A stretch of 64,000 nucleotides of DNA from an uncultured Spirochaetota bacterium (GCA_963783575.1 CAWAOD010000016.1:96001-160000), one strand, 5' to 3'. Shown: positions 39,430 to 50,620, numbered from the stretch's first letter. Notes: generated by a model from the sequence alone, not told the origin. A program made the numbers and translations.

Positions 39430-40491
39430 TTATCTGGTTGTATCTTTTTTTATCCAAATTCCTCTTACCATTAAAGTACCGGAATCTTGATAACCGCATT
39501 CACTATCATTTGCTTCTGCAATATAATAAGACGGTATGGTTCCATTTGCAGTTATCCAATCGCCTGGAAATAAATATAATTTTGTAAGAAGACGGCCATT
39601 TCCATAATATCTGGTATATCCGCCGACTCCCGCTAAACAATAACCGCTTTGTACTGATTTAGAAGTATCTACTGAACATTTGTAACCGGCAACCGTAGAT
39701 GTTGTTGTTTCAGGCTGAATATTTATTTTTAAATATCCAAAGTTGGGTATTGAACTGGTATTATCAATACATATCGCATAAGCAGTAATCATTGCATAAC
39801 TAGGCAGCATATGATCTTTGGATACGGCATACCACCCATTTAAACTGTCATTTGGCCGGCTTTCAATCAATAGATTACCATAAATATTTATACCGTCTTC
39901 TCCAAACGGATACATAACCTTAGCTCCTCCGCCTATCAATTGATAATTGGGTAAAATATATGCAGTTGCGGATGGATGCTCCGAATAAAGACTTGTACTG
40001 GAAATGTATAATATTTTATTCTCAATAACACTTTTAGCTATAAAATTTCCCGAAGAATCTTTTAACTTCATACCTACGGCATAAGCATAGGTATAATGAA
40101 TATGTGGATACATATGATCCTTTGATTGAACCTCCCATCCGCGGCCATTGGCATCCTGTATCGGAAAACTTCCTGTTAAATACCCCGAATAATTAAAATT
40201 ATCAATATCGGCTGTTTCAGCTCCACCTCCGACAAGGACTTCATCATTAGCAATATAAGCAATAGCTGTATTATGCTGACCTTTTATACCTGCTGATGTA
40301 TAATAATTCAATATAACCTTTCCTGATTCATCAGTTCGAGTAGCCCTAAGAATAAGAGACTTATTAATCTCCATAATATTTGTTTGATTTTTTTGCTCAT
40401 TGCTTATTGTTGCTTGTGGTTCAGTAATTGAACAACTGATAAGAAATACCAGTAATATCATCGGTAAAATAACAGTAAATGTTTTTTTCAT
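39430..40491 (-). CDS. lipoprotein with three internal beta-rich repeats
   Basis: LISC lipobox; GGGA...GxLxxSxP...GWxxxSKDH...AYA twice plus a degenerate third copy. Confidence 0.7.
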   Translation of the reverse strand: MKKTFTVILPMILLVFLISCSITEPQATISNEQKNQTNIMEINKSLILRATRTDESGKVILNYYTSAGIKGQHNTAIAYIANDEVLVGGGAETADIDNFNYSGYLTGSFPIQDANGRGWEVQSKDHMYPHIHYTYAYAVGMKLKDSSGNFIAKSVIENKILYISSTSLYSEHPSATAYILPNYQLIGGGAKVMYPFGEDGINIYGNLLIESRPNDSLNGWYAVSKDHMLPSYAMITAYAICIDNTSSIPNFGYLKINIQPETTTSTVAGYKCSVDTSKSVQSGYCLAGVGGYTRYYGNGRLLTKLYLFPGDWITANGTIPSYYIAEANDSECGYQDSGTLMVRGIWIKKDTTR

Positions 40492-40744
40492 AAAATAACT
40501 CCTTATTAAATATATTTAACTGATAAAGAATTATAATCCTCTTACACAAGAAACACAAATAATTTAAAGCTTAGGATTTAATCATAATTTGTTTCATCTC
40601 CTTATCCGCCGATGATTTCCCATTTCCTTCTGACTGACTTCAAGGGGATCCATCTCATCACCTTTTCGATGACTATAACCAATATTTTTAAACTTATACC
40701 TGAGGCATTCCAAGAAGGTGCGCCCTGCCGGGCCCACAACAACA

Positions 40745-40776
40745 AAACCGGCATCCTAATATAAGAATGCCGGTTT
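40745..40776 (-). terminator. hairpin, possible terminator of the helicase-flippase transcript
   Basis: AAACCGGCATTCT-TATATT-AGGATGCCGGTTT followed by T-rich sequence on the minus strand. Confidence 0.5.
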
Positions 40777-40912
40777 GCTTCAAGCCCATAATTCCCGCTA
40801 TTTATCATTAAGGAAGATTAAAACAGTTTGATTAAACTGTGATATTTATTCGACAAATTATAGCTTACAATAATACCTTATTATAAGGTAAATAGTGAAA
40901 TTTTTCCAGAAT

Positions 40913-42220
40913 TTATTTTTTATCCTTCTTTTTAATTCTTTCCATAATCTGCGAATCGATTAACAATGCGGTTAAAATTATATATCCACATACACCCACA
41001 ACAATAGTGACCTGGATAAGGCTTTGATGAAAGAGATATATGCCGATAACCTGAAGTACTGCACCTGCCAATATTGTGAAGGAATAAAAAAGGTTTTCTG
41101 AAATCACATAATAATTTACCAAAAAACTGATCATAGCGTAAGGCAGAAACATAAAACCATAGAGTGGCAATATTTTCTCCATTCCTGCATAATTGTTTGA
41201 ATAAATATATTTTGAAATAAATGAACTGGTAAAACATAGAAACAGAGCATATAAAAATAGGATGCTGAATAATAAGAATAATGCCCTTTGGTTCGATTTA
41301 TTCATATTCTCCCTATCTTTTGCCATTAAAGGCAGTAAAACATAGGAAAAAGCAGTAGCTAAAAAAAACGATGCTTTTCCTATCAAATTAACAGTCCCAT
41401 AAATCCCGGCTTCAGCCGCGCTGAAGAAATGCTTAACCTGAACCATATCCAGATAAGTTAATAACTGAAATGCGCCAACTGAAAGAAGGGCATAAAAAAA
41501 AGACCTTATAAATCTTTTAAATTCAAAAAAATTACTTTTATCCGTTTTGACATCAGTCTTAAATCTAATTTCCTTAAACCTGAAATAATCAATGCTGAGG
41601 AAAGAGATACTTATAATCTGGGATACCAGTAATCCCCATAATATTCCGTAATAGCTAACCATTAGGTATACTAATCCGATGCCGAAAACAAACTTTGTCA
41701 ATGTACCAAATATGGAATAATAGATATAAATATGAAATCTCTCACGGGATTGGAGTAAACTATAGAACGGTATAATCAGAATAGTTAATGGAATCTGTGC
41801 AAAAACAAGAATAAATGCCATATTATTTTGTATATGAAAATAATTTTTAAGAAACGGAAGTGATAAAAATAATAAAAGTAGGATTATAACCAGGAAGAAA
41901 AGAAGTATTTTCATCATTCGGGCAATATATGCCTTAAGAATTCCCCATTTATTTTCATGAACCAATATTGATACTTCTTTGCTCATCACAAATTGAAGTG
42001 CGCTGGATGGAAGAACAATAATCATCAGAAGCGCATAAAGTGAGGTATATTCTCCATACATTTCTTTTGATAATATATTTGCTGCAATAATATTAAAAAG
42101 GAAGTTAATCATTCCTACGGCAATAGAAACAACCGATATCATCATTGAATTGATAAAAATCTTATTATCAAACAATTTTTTTGATAAAACAACAGCCAGT
42201 TTTCCGATTTGATTCAACAT
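40913..42220 (-). CDS. MOP/Wzx-type oligosaccharide flippase
   Basis: About twelve TM helices; LSKEMYGEY, YLDMVQVKHFF..EAGIY. Confidence 0.82.
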   Translation of the reverse strand: MLNQIGKLAVVLSKKLFDNKIFINSMMISVVSIAVGMINFLFNIIAANILSKEMYGEYTSLYALLMIIVLPSSALQFVMSKEVSILVHENKWGILKAYIARMMKILLFFLVIILLLLFLSLPFLKNYFHIQNNMAFILVFAQIPLTILIIPFYSLLQSRERFHIYIYYSIFGTLTKFVFGIGLVYLMVSYYGILWGLLVSQIISISFLSIDYFRFKEIRFKTDVKTDKSNFFEFKRFIRSFFYALLSVGAFQLLTYLDMVQVKHFFSAAEAGIYGTVNLIGKASFFLATAFSYVLLPLMAKDRENMNKSNQRALFLLFSILFLYALFLCFTSSFISKYIYSNNYAGMEKILPLYGFMFLPYAMISFLVNYYVISENLFYSFTILAGAVLQVIGIYLFHQSLIQVTIVVGVCGYIILTALLIDSQIMERIKKKDKK

Positions 42221-44461
42221 TGTTTTATTACCGTTAGGTTAGATAGAAAATTACCGCTCATGCTCTGGACCCCGAATTTATCGAATTTAACCTTAATCAT
42301 TTTTTCCGAAACATATGTCACTTTTCCCGCACCGAATTGCCTGTGCTTTATTGTATCACCGACAACCAGGTCCGATAACGATTCAACCTCTGTTTCATTC
42401 CCGGATATAGAACCGGATTGCCCTTTATAATCCATATCATCAAAATCTTGCGGTTCTTCCGGCTTAAAACTTTTAGAATTCATATTCATTTTATAAGATT
42501 TAACTGAGGCGATTGGAATTCCCGCCGAATTGTTTCTTGTATAAATATTTTCCTTAAGATTATTTGGAATGTCTTTTAAAAACCTCGAAGGCAGAGAGCT
42601 AATCACTTCGCCGTATTTCAAGCGGGTCTCCGGGTAAGAAATATAAAGCTTATCCTTCGCGCGCGTAATCGCGACATAAAAAAGCCTTCGTTCCTCGTTC
42701 TGCTCTCTTTCCGACATACATGAAGATGCGTGGGGTATTAGTCCGTCAACCGCACCGCTGATGAAAACCACAGGGAATTCAAGCCCCTTGGCATTATGCA
42801 TAGTCATAAGCGAAACGAAATCGGTATCCTGTTCCTGCACGAGGCTGTCAACTCCTGTTTGAAGAGTTACTTCATTCAAGAAATCCGCTATAAAAGTTCC
42901 GGGCCGGTCCGTTTCAAATTCCTTAATTGAATTTATTAATTCCTCAACGTTTGACCACCTGTCCAGACCGTCTTCATCAAAGCTTAATATATAATTCTTG
43001 TAGCCGATTGAGTCGATAAGGATTTTTACAAAATTTGCGGGAGTGATTTTTTCTATACTTTCATGCAGTTCTTTCATTACCTGGCCAAGCTCTTTTATAG
43101 ATTGAACGGCACTCTTATTCATTCCAGTAACAGCCTCAATATTTAGCAGAGCCTCTATTAAACCGGTATTCATTCCATCGGCAAATTGTTTGATTTTATC
43201 CCTGCCTGTTTCACCGATCTTTCGCTTCGGGACATTGATTATCCGGTCAAAAGAAGCGCTGTCGTAAGGATTGATGATTATCTTTATATAGGCCAATATA
43301 TCCTTTATTTCCTTTCTATCATAAAATTTTTGTCCGCCGAATATTTTATATGGAATATTATACGAAAGGAGTCTCCTCCTCAAATAGGCGTGATTGTGCG
43401 TTTGTTCTGTAAAATACCGCAAAATCCCTGCAATTCCTCTGAGAAAGCTGGTTATCGATAATATTTACAATAACTTTTGCTTCTTCCCTATCCGTATAAG
43501 TCTCGATTATATGTATTTTATCCTCAGACCGCCTTTCCGTCCAGAGCTTTTTTTCCATCCTTCCCGGGATCTTGTCAACAACGCCGTTTGCCGCATTTAA
43601 AATAACCTCGGTTGAGCGGTAATTCTGCTCAAGAGCTATGACCTTTGCTTCGTACCTATCCTTAAAATCGTAGATATTGTCAACATTCGCCCCGCGCCAT
43701 CCGTAAATTGACTGGTCGTCATCGCCCACAACGCAGATATTCCTGTTTTCTCCGCAAATCAGATTAATCAGTCCATACTGGGAAGAATTCGTGTCCTGAA
43801 ATTCGTCAACCATTACATATTGCCAGAGTTCTCTGTAATATTTTAAAATTTCCGGATTTTCCTCGAATATCCTGATGGGAAGTATTATCAGATCCGGAAA
43901 ATCCACGGCGCGGTTTTTCCGCAGAATACTCTCATATTTCCTATATACCTGAAGAGTGTTGTTGTCAAATGCAGAAATTTTTATTCTGTCAAACTCGTCA
44001 GCAGATATTTGCGAATCTTTAAGGCTTGATATTTTTTCCGCTATTCCAGCCGGATTGAAAGATTCCGGATTGATCCCCATATCTTTCATTATTGTCTTAA
44101 CCAGATTTCTGGAGTCGGTATCATCGTAAATGACAAAATCCCTTGGATAACCTATAGCCCCGGAATTGCTCCTGATTATTATAACACCCATCGAATGAAA
44201 TGTTCTAATCCAGGCATTTCTAGTATCGACACCTGTTAACAACGATATTCTTTCCTTCATCTCCCCTGCCGCTTTATTTGTAAATGTAACAGAGAGAATA
44301 TTATTAAGTCTGAGATTTTTCTCACGGAGTAAATATGCAAAACGGTGCGTTATTACCCTTGTCTTGCCTGAACCGGCACCGGCAAGCACCAGCAAAGCGC
44401 CTTTGGTATAAAGAACGGCTTCTCTTTGTTTATTATTGAGCGGATCTAAAATGGGGTCCAT
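42214..44461 (-). pseudogene. pcrA: PcrA/UvrD DNA helicase split by a single frameshift near 43375
   Basis: AGAGSGKT, VDEFQDTN, VGDDDQSIY, QNYRST, YRTNAQSR in one frame; LMTMHNAKGLEF, EERRLFYVAITRAK in another. Confidence 0.85.
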
Positions 44462-44952
44462 AATTAATCCTTAATTATTAAATCAAAAATACAGTAAATC
44501 GGTTACAGCTTAAAAAATAAAAAACCGATAAGTATTATAAACTGATTTTGTTGAATAATCAATGAAGAAAAGATACGGCTGTCAGATCTGAGCTTAATTA
44601 ATTTTAACGTTAATGATAATTTTATTGATTTTTTATGAAATTAATAATAGTTAAAATTATTCAATATTTTTAATTTATTTAAGAAAATACAAAAAATATT
44701 TTTTATTCAAAAATAAAATATTATCATATGGGAAATAATTTTTTAGTATATACTTTATTTTATTGGCACATATAGGTTTAGTTATTTATTCTTATTGATG
44801 ATTTTAATAAGAATTAATTAATTCGGATTTTATAAGATAAATCATTATCTATTAAAAATTTTACTTTTTTTTAGAAATAATTATAATATTGTATAGTCAT
44901 TTATTATAGTATAATTTGTAAAGTAATTATAATATCTACGGGGGATATTAAT

Positions 44953-45540
44953 ATGATTAACAAAAAAAAACCGTTAGACCTTAAGGATCCGAGAGTAGTA
45001 GAGCTTTTGTCAAAGAAGACGCCCGCCGAGTATATTGATGCCTGTGTTAATAGTAAGCTGTCATCCGGCGATAAAATGAAGATAACACCTATCTGGTTGA
45101 AGATGACCGGGTTTGTTATCGAGGATGTACAGTATGCCAGGAATAGGCATCCATACTGGAAAGAAAAGAAAATGAAAAATTCTCTTGAGCGGAATAAAGC
45201 CAGGATTGAAAAATATAATTACAGTGACGGTTCAAGGAAAAGGTGGGGAGAAGAAGAGTTGGATGTTTTCCTTGACCTTAACAATGATCATACCGACAGG
45301 GATCTGGCGAAATATTTCGGCCGCACAATCCCTTCCATACAATATGTACGCAGACGTATAAGCCTTGCGCACCGAATCTTCAAAATGAACGGCATAAAAA
45401 AAGTGCACAAATCTTCCCTGCTCAAAAAGATACTAAAGGATGAAAAGCTTTTAAGGGAAGAGGCGCTTGGATTGGAAAACGGCTATAAAGAAAACACTAA
45501 GATTACCAAGAAAACAAAAAAAACTAAAAGAAAAAAATAG
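44953..45540 (+). CDS. basic hypothetical protein, possibly DNA-binding
   Basis: RWGEEELDVF...TDRDLAKYFGRTIPSIQYVRR resembles a Myb/HTH unit; Lys-rich tail. Confidence 0.65.
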   Translation: MINKKKPLDLKDPRVVELLSKKTPAEYIDACVNSKLSSGDKMKITPIWLKMTGFVIEDVQYARNRHPYWKEKKMKNSLERNKARIEKYNYSDGSRKRWGEEELDVFLDLNNDHTDRDLAKYFGRTIPSIQYVRRRISLAHRIFKMNGIKKVHKSSLLKKILKDEKLLREEALGLENGYKENTKITKKTKKTKRKK

Positions 45541-45566
45541 TAAATCAATTGAATTTTGAAAAACCT

Positions 45567-45604
45567 TTGACTTTTATATTTTTATATCGTATTATTTTGA
45601 TATA
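45567..45604 (+). promoter_or_regulatory. sigma70 promoter with overlapping ArsR-type inverted repeat
   Basis: TTGACT-17 bp-TATTAT; TATATC-N10-GATATA. Confidence 0.55.
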
Positions 45605-45626
45605 GAGATGTTTTGAGGTTATTCGA

Positions 45627-45893
45627 ATGGATTTTGATAAGGTCAGCGATGTTTTAAAGGCAATAGCGCATCCCATTCGCTTAAAAATATTGGCAGGATT
45701 ATCAGAAGCCAGCGAATGCAATGTTAATAAAATCGTTCAAATATTAAAGATACCGCAATCAACAGCTTCTCAGCATCTGGGGATTCTTAGGACAAGGGGT
45801 GTAATTTCTCAGAGAAAAGAAGGGGTTAAAGTTTGTTATAGCATTAAGGATCCTAAAATAACGGAAATTTTAAGCATATTTAATAAGAATTGA
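45627..45893 (+). CDS. ArsR/SmtB family transcriptional regulator
   Basis: LKAIAHPIRLKIL, QSTASQHLGILR. Confidence 0.92.
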   Translation: MDFDKVSDVLKAIAHPIRLKILAGLSEASECNVNKIVQILKIPQSTASQHLGILRTRGVISQRKEGVKVCYSIKDPKITEILSIFNKN

Positions 45894-45964
45894 GGGCAGT
45901 GTTTTTATTGTTTTAATTCATCGCATTATTTGTATATATTGATTAAAAGAAAAAGGAGAATAAA

Positions 45965-46318
45965 ATGGAAAAATTGACAATAGATTCTTTCAAAACAAAA
46001 ATATTTGATTATGAGTCTAAAAAAGACTGGGAATATGTAGGCGAGCTTCCCAGTATAATAGACTTCTATGCAGATTGGTGCGGTCCCTGTAAGATGGTTA
46101 CTCCAATTCTGGAAGAATTGGCGAATGAATATTCGGGAAAATTGAATATATATAAGATCAATACGGATGAGCAGAATGAACTTGCCGCAATGTTTGGAAT
46201 TAGCAGCATCCCGTCTCTGCTTTTCATACCATTGAAGGAACAACCTCAAATGGCAGTAGGGGCATTGACAAAAGCGGGATTTCATAGTATTATTAAAAAT
46301 GTTTTACATTTAGAATAA
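45965..46318 (+). CDS. trxA: thioredoxin
   Basis: DFYADWCGPCK, SIPSL. Confidence 0.92.
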   Translation: MEKLTIDSFKTKIFDYESKKDWEYVGELPSIIDFYADWCGPCKMVTPILEELANEYSGKLNIYKINTDEQNELAAMFGISSIPSLLFIPLKEQPQMAVGALTKAGFHSIIKNVLHLE

Positions 46319-46332
46319 TTCAGGGGGTACTG

Positions 46333-46878
46333 ATGATTGGAAAAAATAAAGTTAATATTGCAATCGGTATTTTTATTATTATTATGATAATAATGGTATA
46401 TTCATGCAATAAGTTTAACGGCAGCAAAATTAAAATATCTCCGAAGGATGAGCAGTCTAATACTCAATTAGCTCCTGATTTTAGTGAAAATGACTTATCA
46501 GGCAAGAATACAATTTCTCTGTCTCAGTTAAGGGGGAAAATTGTTCTTCTTAATTTCTGGGCCACTTGGTGTCCGCCATGCAAGGCCGAAATTCCGGATT
46601 TTATTCGGCTGTACAGCGATAATAAAGATAAACTGATCATTATTGGCGCGTCGGTTGACGAAAATAAAAGCCTTGTTATACCATTTTTTAAAAGTATGAA
46701 AATGAATTATCCTGTAATTTATGCAACATCGGATATGATATCGGCTTACGGCGGAATCACGGCAATACCGACATCTTTTCTTATCAATCAAAAAGGGGAA
46801 ATTGTAAAAAAATTTGTGGGTTACAGGGATAAATCGGAATGGAGTAGCGAAATCAAGAACTTGCTGACAAATTTATAG
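46333..46878 (+). CDS. TlpA/ResA-like thiol-disulfide oxidoreductase
   Basis: N-terminal anchor; APDF, LNFWATWCPPCKAEIP, IPTSFLI. Confidence 0.92.
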   Translation: MIGKNKVNIAIGIFIIIMIIMVYSCNKFNGSKIKISPKDEQSNTQLAPDFSENDLSGKNTISLSQLRGKIVLLNFWATWCPPCKAEIPDFIRLYSDNKDKLIIIGASVDENKSLVIPFFKSMKMNYPVIYATSDMISAYGGITAIPTSFLINQKGEIVKKFVGYRDKSEWSSEIKNLLTNL

Positions 46879-46895
46879 GCAAATAAAACAATGGG

Positions 46896-47624
46896 TCAGG
46901 CTATTGCAGGAACGGCGCTATGAAAAAATTCTGTCATTTTATTTTCACATTTATGATAATGCACTATATCTTCCATTGAAATATATTTCTTATTTTCAAA
47001 ATATTCAAATATCTTTCTGACACGTGCTATATCATCCGGAGTGTCAACGGTTACCCTGATTTCGGGAGCATAATAAAGGCCGGTTGAAAGCGGTTCCAGG
47101 ACCTTAAATGAATCCCTGTTCTTGTATATAAAGGGTGTAACATGCTCCTGGTCATAGGCTGATTTTGTATTTCTATAAGAAAGGAATAATGCCTCTTTAT
47201 TAATGATTTCGACTCCGGTACCAAGCGGTATGCCAAGATAATGCGTTAAATCGGCTTCCGTATCCACATGGAGTTCAAGAGCCCTGTCCAGGAATTCAGG
47301 GCAGACAAGGGGATTGTCCCCGGTTGCCCTTATGATGATTTTTGATCCGTAAGCCTTTGAAGCCTGGTAATATCTCTCTAGAACATTCTTTTTACTTCCG
47401 ACAAAATATTTAACAAAATCATATGCCGATAGGGAATCCTTAATATCATCAATAGAATCCTCTGTAGTAGCAACTATTATGTTACGGATATATTTCGAAA
47501 GCGAAAGCCTTTCAATTATATGAGCGATTAACGGTTTACCGCCTATCTGCATTATAACCTTTTCCGGCAGTCTCTCGGAATCAAGCCTTGCCTGAACAAT
47601 AACATCTACTTCATCGGGAATCAT
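46896..47624 (-). CDS. SpsF-like cytidylyltransferase
   Basis: QARLDSERLPEKV, NVLERY, RATGDNP, EHVTPFI, TVDTPDD. Confidence 0.88.
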   Translation of the reverse strand: MIPDEVDVIVQARLDSERLPEKVIMQIGGKPLIAHIIERLSLSKYIRNIIVATTEDSIDDIKDSLSAYDFVKYFVGSKKNVLERYYQASKAYGSKIIIRATGDNPLVCPEFLDRALELHVDTEADLTHYLGIPLGTGVEIINKEALFLSYRNTKSAYDQEHVTPFIYKNRDSFKVLEPLSTGLYYAPEIRVTVDTPDDIARVRKIFEYFENKKYISMEDIVHYHKCENKMTEFFHSAVPAIA

Positions 47625-47649
47625 ATATCCTCCCCCGCTAATTTAATTA

Positions 47650-48612
47650 TTATTTTATGTCTCTATTTATTATCGAAAAAATTGTGAAATCCTCAACCGG
47701 TTTTGAAATATTATTTCTACGAATTTCTTTTGTCTTTTTCATAATATTATTTATAATCCCGATATTTTTTATTTTTAGTCTGAATAACGACCTGAAAATA
47801 ATACCGATAAGTTTCAAGACCCTTCCTTTAATAAGGTCTTTGTGAGTGATATTACTTAAATTAAACAGCAGATAATCTGGATTGTCAATATCTTTCGAGA
47901 TATCTCCTGCCGGACTTTTTAAGTAAACAGCTTTAAAGCCTCTGGCCTGTGTTATGATGTATCCCTCTTTCCAGAGTTTATACCCAAGTTCCAGAATTGT
48001 ATAAACCGGATCTTTATAATCCGATAATTCAATATCCCTTGAAATAACTGCATCCCTGTTCAGGATAAAACAGAAATATTTGGGATAAAGTGAGGAAATT
48101 GCCGTTCCTATAATGTCCGTTGATATTGTGTTGATAAAACCGTTCTTTACATTTCCCTTAACCACATTAGGTACAACTTCATTCTTCTCATCGCTTATAA
48201 GGGGAATCAGCATTCCGAAGCCGGATTCGGACAAATACATATTGAGAACCTCCAGGTTCATCGATTTAATTATAAAATCATCATCAATAAAAAGAATATT
48301 TTTAGAAAGGCTTTCCGAAATTGATATCGCAATTGCGTCTTTAATGGTAATTCTGTCGCCCGCCAATATTACCCGCATTACCGGAAAAGTGGAAAGAAGC
48401 CTATCATATTTATACCCCTCTTTTTCAAGATTCACAAGTATGAATTCGGCTTTTGACTTTGTTGTTGAAAGAAGTTGGTATATTGAATTTATTGTTTGAA
48501 CAGGATCGGAAAAACTGTGAACTATTAAGACAATAGATATGTCCATACTGATCTTTTTGCCATTGACCCTTGTTGAAAAATTTGATAATTCCGTATAAAC
48601 AGGAAGCTTCAT
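47650..48612 (-). CDS. divergent GT2-like glycosyltransferase
   Basis: ISIVLI...ILFIDDD and LGYKLWKEGY follow GT-A fold order but are degenerate. Confidence 0.55.
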   Translation of the reverse strand: MKLPVYTELSNFSTRVNGKKISMDISIVLIVHSFSDPVQTINSIYQLLSTTKSKAEFILVNLEKEGYKYDRLLSTFPVMRVILAGDRITIKDAIAISISESLSKNILFIDDDFIIKSMNLEVLNMYLSESGFGMLIPLISDEKNEVVPNVVKGNVKNGFINTISTDIIGTAISSLYPKYFCFILNRDAVISRDIELSDYKDPVYTILELGYKLWKEGYIITQARGFKAVYLKSPAGDISKDIDNPDYLLFNLSNITHKDLIKGRVLKLIGIIFRSLFRLKIKNIGIINNIMKKTKEIRRNNISKPVEDFTIFSIINRDIK

Positions 48613-48792
48613 AAAAACTCCATGTTAGCCTATCACTAGTCGCTAGTTTATAATTAACAAATCATTTTTTAAATTCTATATATTTCTTTAACATTGCTAA
48701 ATATTAAAGACTAACGGCTAAAAAGCTAAATAAAAGTATATGGAATAATCATTAAAATTTCAACTTAATTTATTGTTTTTAGAAAAATGCCC

Positions 48793-49401
48793 TTATTTAA
48801 AAAGGTATTTAAACAGCATTTTTACCAGTTCATTTATATATTGCTCGATTTCATAATTATCTTCTGAAAGAGACGCTGCATGAACAATGTTTTCAGTAGC
48901 GCCGCTGATAATAAGCGAAGCCGCTTTTAAATTATCTGTTTTAATCCGGTCCTTATTTTTTTCAAGCATCATCATAACAAGTTTGCCGGTATCATTCTTC
49001 CAATCTGTCATAAGCTTATTTATTTCTGTGTCGTAAAACCTCATTGCCTCTATCTCCCTTTGAAAACCCGGTAATATCCTATGAGCTTCTACCAGATTGT
49101 TTATTAAAAGGTGAAGTATATTCTCATTGATGTTTTCGAGAAAAGAGGAAATTTCTTTCCCGATCTTTTCGGAAACCAACCTGTCATATTCCTTGACCGC
49201 TTCAAGAAAAATGTGTTTTTTATCTCTGAAATAGGCATAAAAACTTCCTATTGGCACACCTGCAAACCTTGAAATCTCATTCGAACTGGTTTTGTGATAA
49301 CCCTTCTCGGAAAAAAGCTTAATAGCGGCTTCCATTATACCCTTTCTGGTTTCAATGCCCCTTTCCTGGTGAGGTGTTCTTGCCTTATAATCTCCGGGCA
49401 T
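48793..49401 (-). CDS. TetR/AcrR family regulator
   Basis: AAIKLFSEKGYHKTS...AGVPIGSFYAYFRDK; start after AAGGAG. Confidence 0.92.
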   Translation of the reverse strand: MPGDYKARTPHQERGIETRKGIMEAAIKLFSEKGYHKTSSNEISRFAGVPIGSFYAYFRDKKHIFLEAVKEYDRLVSEKIGKEISSFLENINENILHLLINNLVEAHRILPGFQREIEAMRFYDTEINKLMTDWKNDTGKLVMMMLEKNKDRIKTDNLKAASLIISGATENIVHAASLSEDNYEIEQYINELVKMLFKYLFK

Positions 49402-49461
49402 GATTTTCTCCTTCATTTGTATTATCATTTTAACTCATAAAATATCATCGGTTAAATAATC

Positions 49462-49532
49462 ATGAATATTTATTCATATTATTGACAAAAATTATTTCAC
49501 TTGCTAAAATAGTAATGTGAGTAAAAGCTCAT
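49462..49532 (+). promoter_or_regulatory. promoter flanked by two TetR-type operators
   Basis: ATGAATA-TT-TATTCAT (49462-49477); TTGACA-17 bp-TAAAAT; GTGAGTA-AA-AGCTCAT (49517-49532). Confidence 0.7.
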
Positions 49533-49554
49533 AATAATTTATGGAGGCTTTATT

Positions 49555-50367
49555 ATGGATTTTTTGAATGAAATTCTTGTCTGTCCAAAGACAAAAAAAC
49601 CCCTGAAGGTGGATTGGGAAAAGAAGGTTGTATCTTCAAACGATGAAAACATACGATACCTGATAAAAGATAATATTATTGATTTTATACCGGATGTAAA
49701 AGATTATATAACGGAAACTTATGATTCCATATCACCTTTTTATGACAGAATGCTAACCGGGAAAAGCATTCCAACCAGATTATATAATATGCTGGTTTGG
49801 GGGATGGACGGCGGAGAATCTCCTGCAGAAAAACTCCTGAATTTATTTCCGGATTGCGCAGGTAAAATAATCATCGATATACCGGTCGGTACGGGGATTT
49901 TTACGGTAAATCTTTACAAAAAAATTAATGAAACTTCAAAAATAATAGCCATCGATTACTCCATTGAAATGCTGAAAAAGGCGAGGAAGTGCTATGAAGA
50001 AGCAGGCATTCATAATATTATTTATATCCGCGCCGATGTCGGAAATCTTCCATTTGTTGATGATGCCGCAGATATTCTACTTACAATGAACGGCTATCAT
50101 GCATTTCCCGAAAAGGAAAGGTCTTTAATGGAGATGGCAAGAGTTGTTAAATCCGGAGGCACTGTGCTCAGCTCTTTTTATGTCAAAGGAGAGAGATCTT
50201 TTACAGATTTTTTTATCAACAATGTCTATCGAAGGTCCGGATCATTTACGCCGCCGTTTTATAATTTAAAAGATATCAGGGAAAAATGGGGACATTATTT
50301 TGATTTCCGGCATTTTGGAAATATCAGATCGCATGCTCTTATTTCCGGAATTAAGAAAAATATTTAA
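49555..50367 (+). CDS. class I SAM methyltransferase with N-terminal Trm112-like domain
   Basis: LVCPKTKKPL...YLIKDNI; IDIPVGTG, AIDYSIEML, ADVGNLPF. Confidence 0.85.
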   Translation: MDFLNEILVCPKTKKPLKVDWEKKVVSSNDENIRYLIKDNIIDFIPDVKDYITETYDSISPFYDRMLTGKSIPTRLYNMLVWGMDGGESPAEKLLNLFPDCAGKIIIDIPVGTGIFTVNLYKKINETSKIIAIDYSIEMLKKARKCYEEAGIHNIIYIRADVGNLPFVDDAADILLTMNGYHAFPEKERSLMEMARVVKSGGTVLSSFYVKGERSFTDFFINNVYRRSGSFTPPFYNLKDIREKWGHYFDFRHFGNIRSHALISGIKKNI

Positions 50368-50420
50368 GAAAATTGTTATGATTTTACGTTGAATTCTTTA
50401 TTACCCACTTATTATTCAAA

Positions 50421-50620
50421 CTCAAGCAACAACTGGAACAGGATGTTCCATCAAAACTTTGTAATATAAATACCTACCGCCGAACATCAGTTCGGCAGCG
50501 TCACGACGGCGCACGTCCGCCAGGCCCAAGCAACTATGGAAACAGGATGTTCCATGATATCTTAACTTTTACACACCAGCCAGTGACGAACGCCAGTTCG
50601 CCAAGCAACACGATGTTGCA
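50421..50620 (+). repeat. two tandem copies of the ~100-bp hairpin element
   Basis: CAAGCAAC...TGGAACAGGATGTTCCAT...CGAAC-N4-5-GTTCG repeated; third copy at 24386-24484. Confidence 0.75.

Noticed and set aside
40602..40808. 68-aa ORF
   Set aside because: Overlaps a terminator-like hairpin and has no motif.
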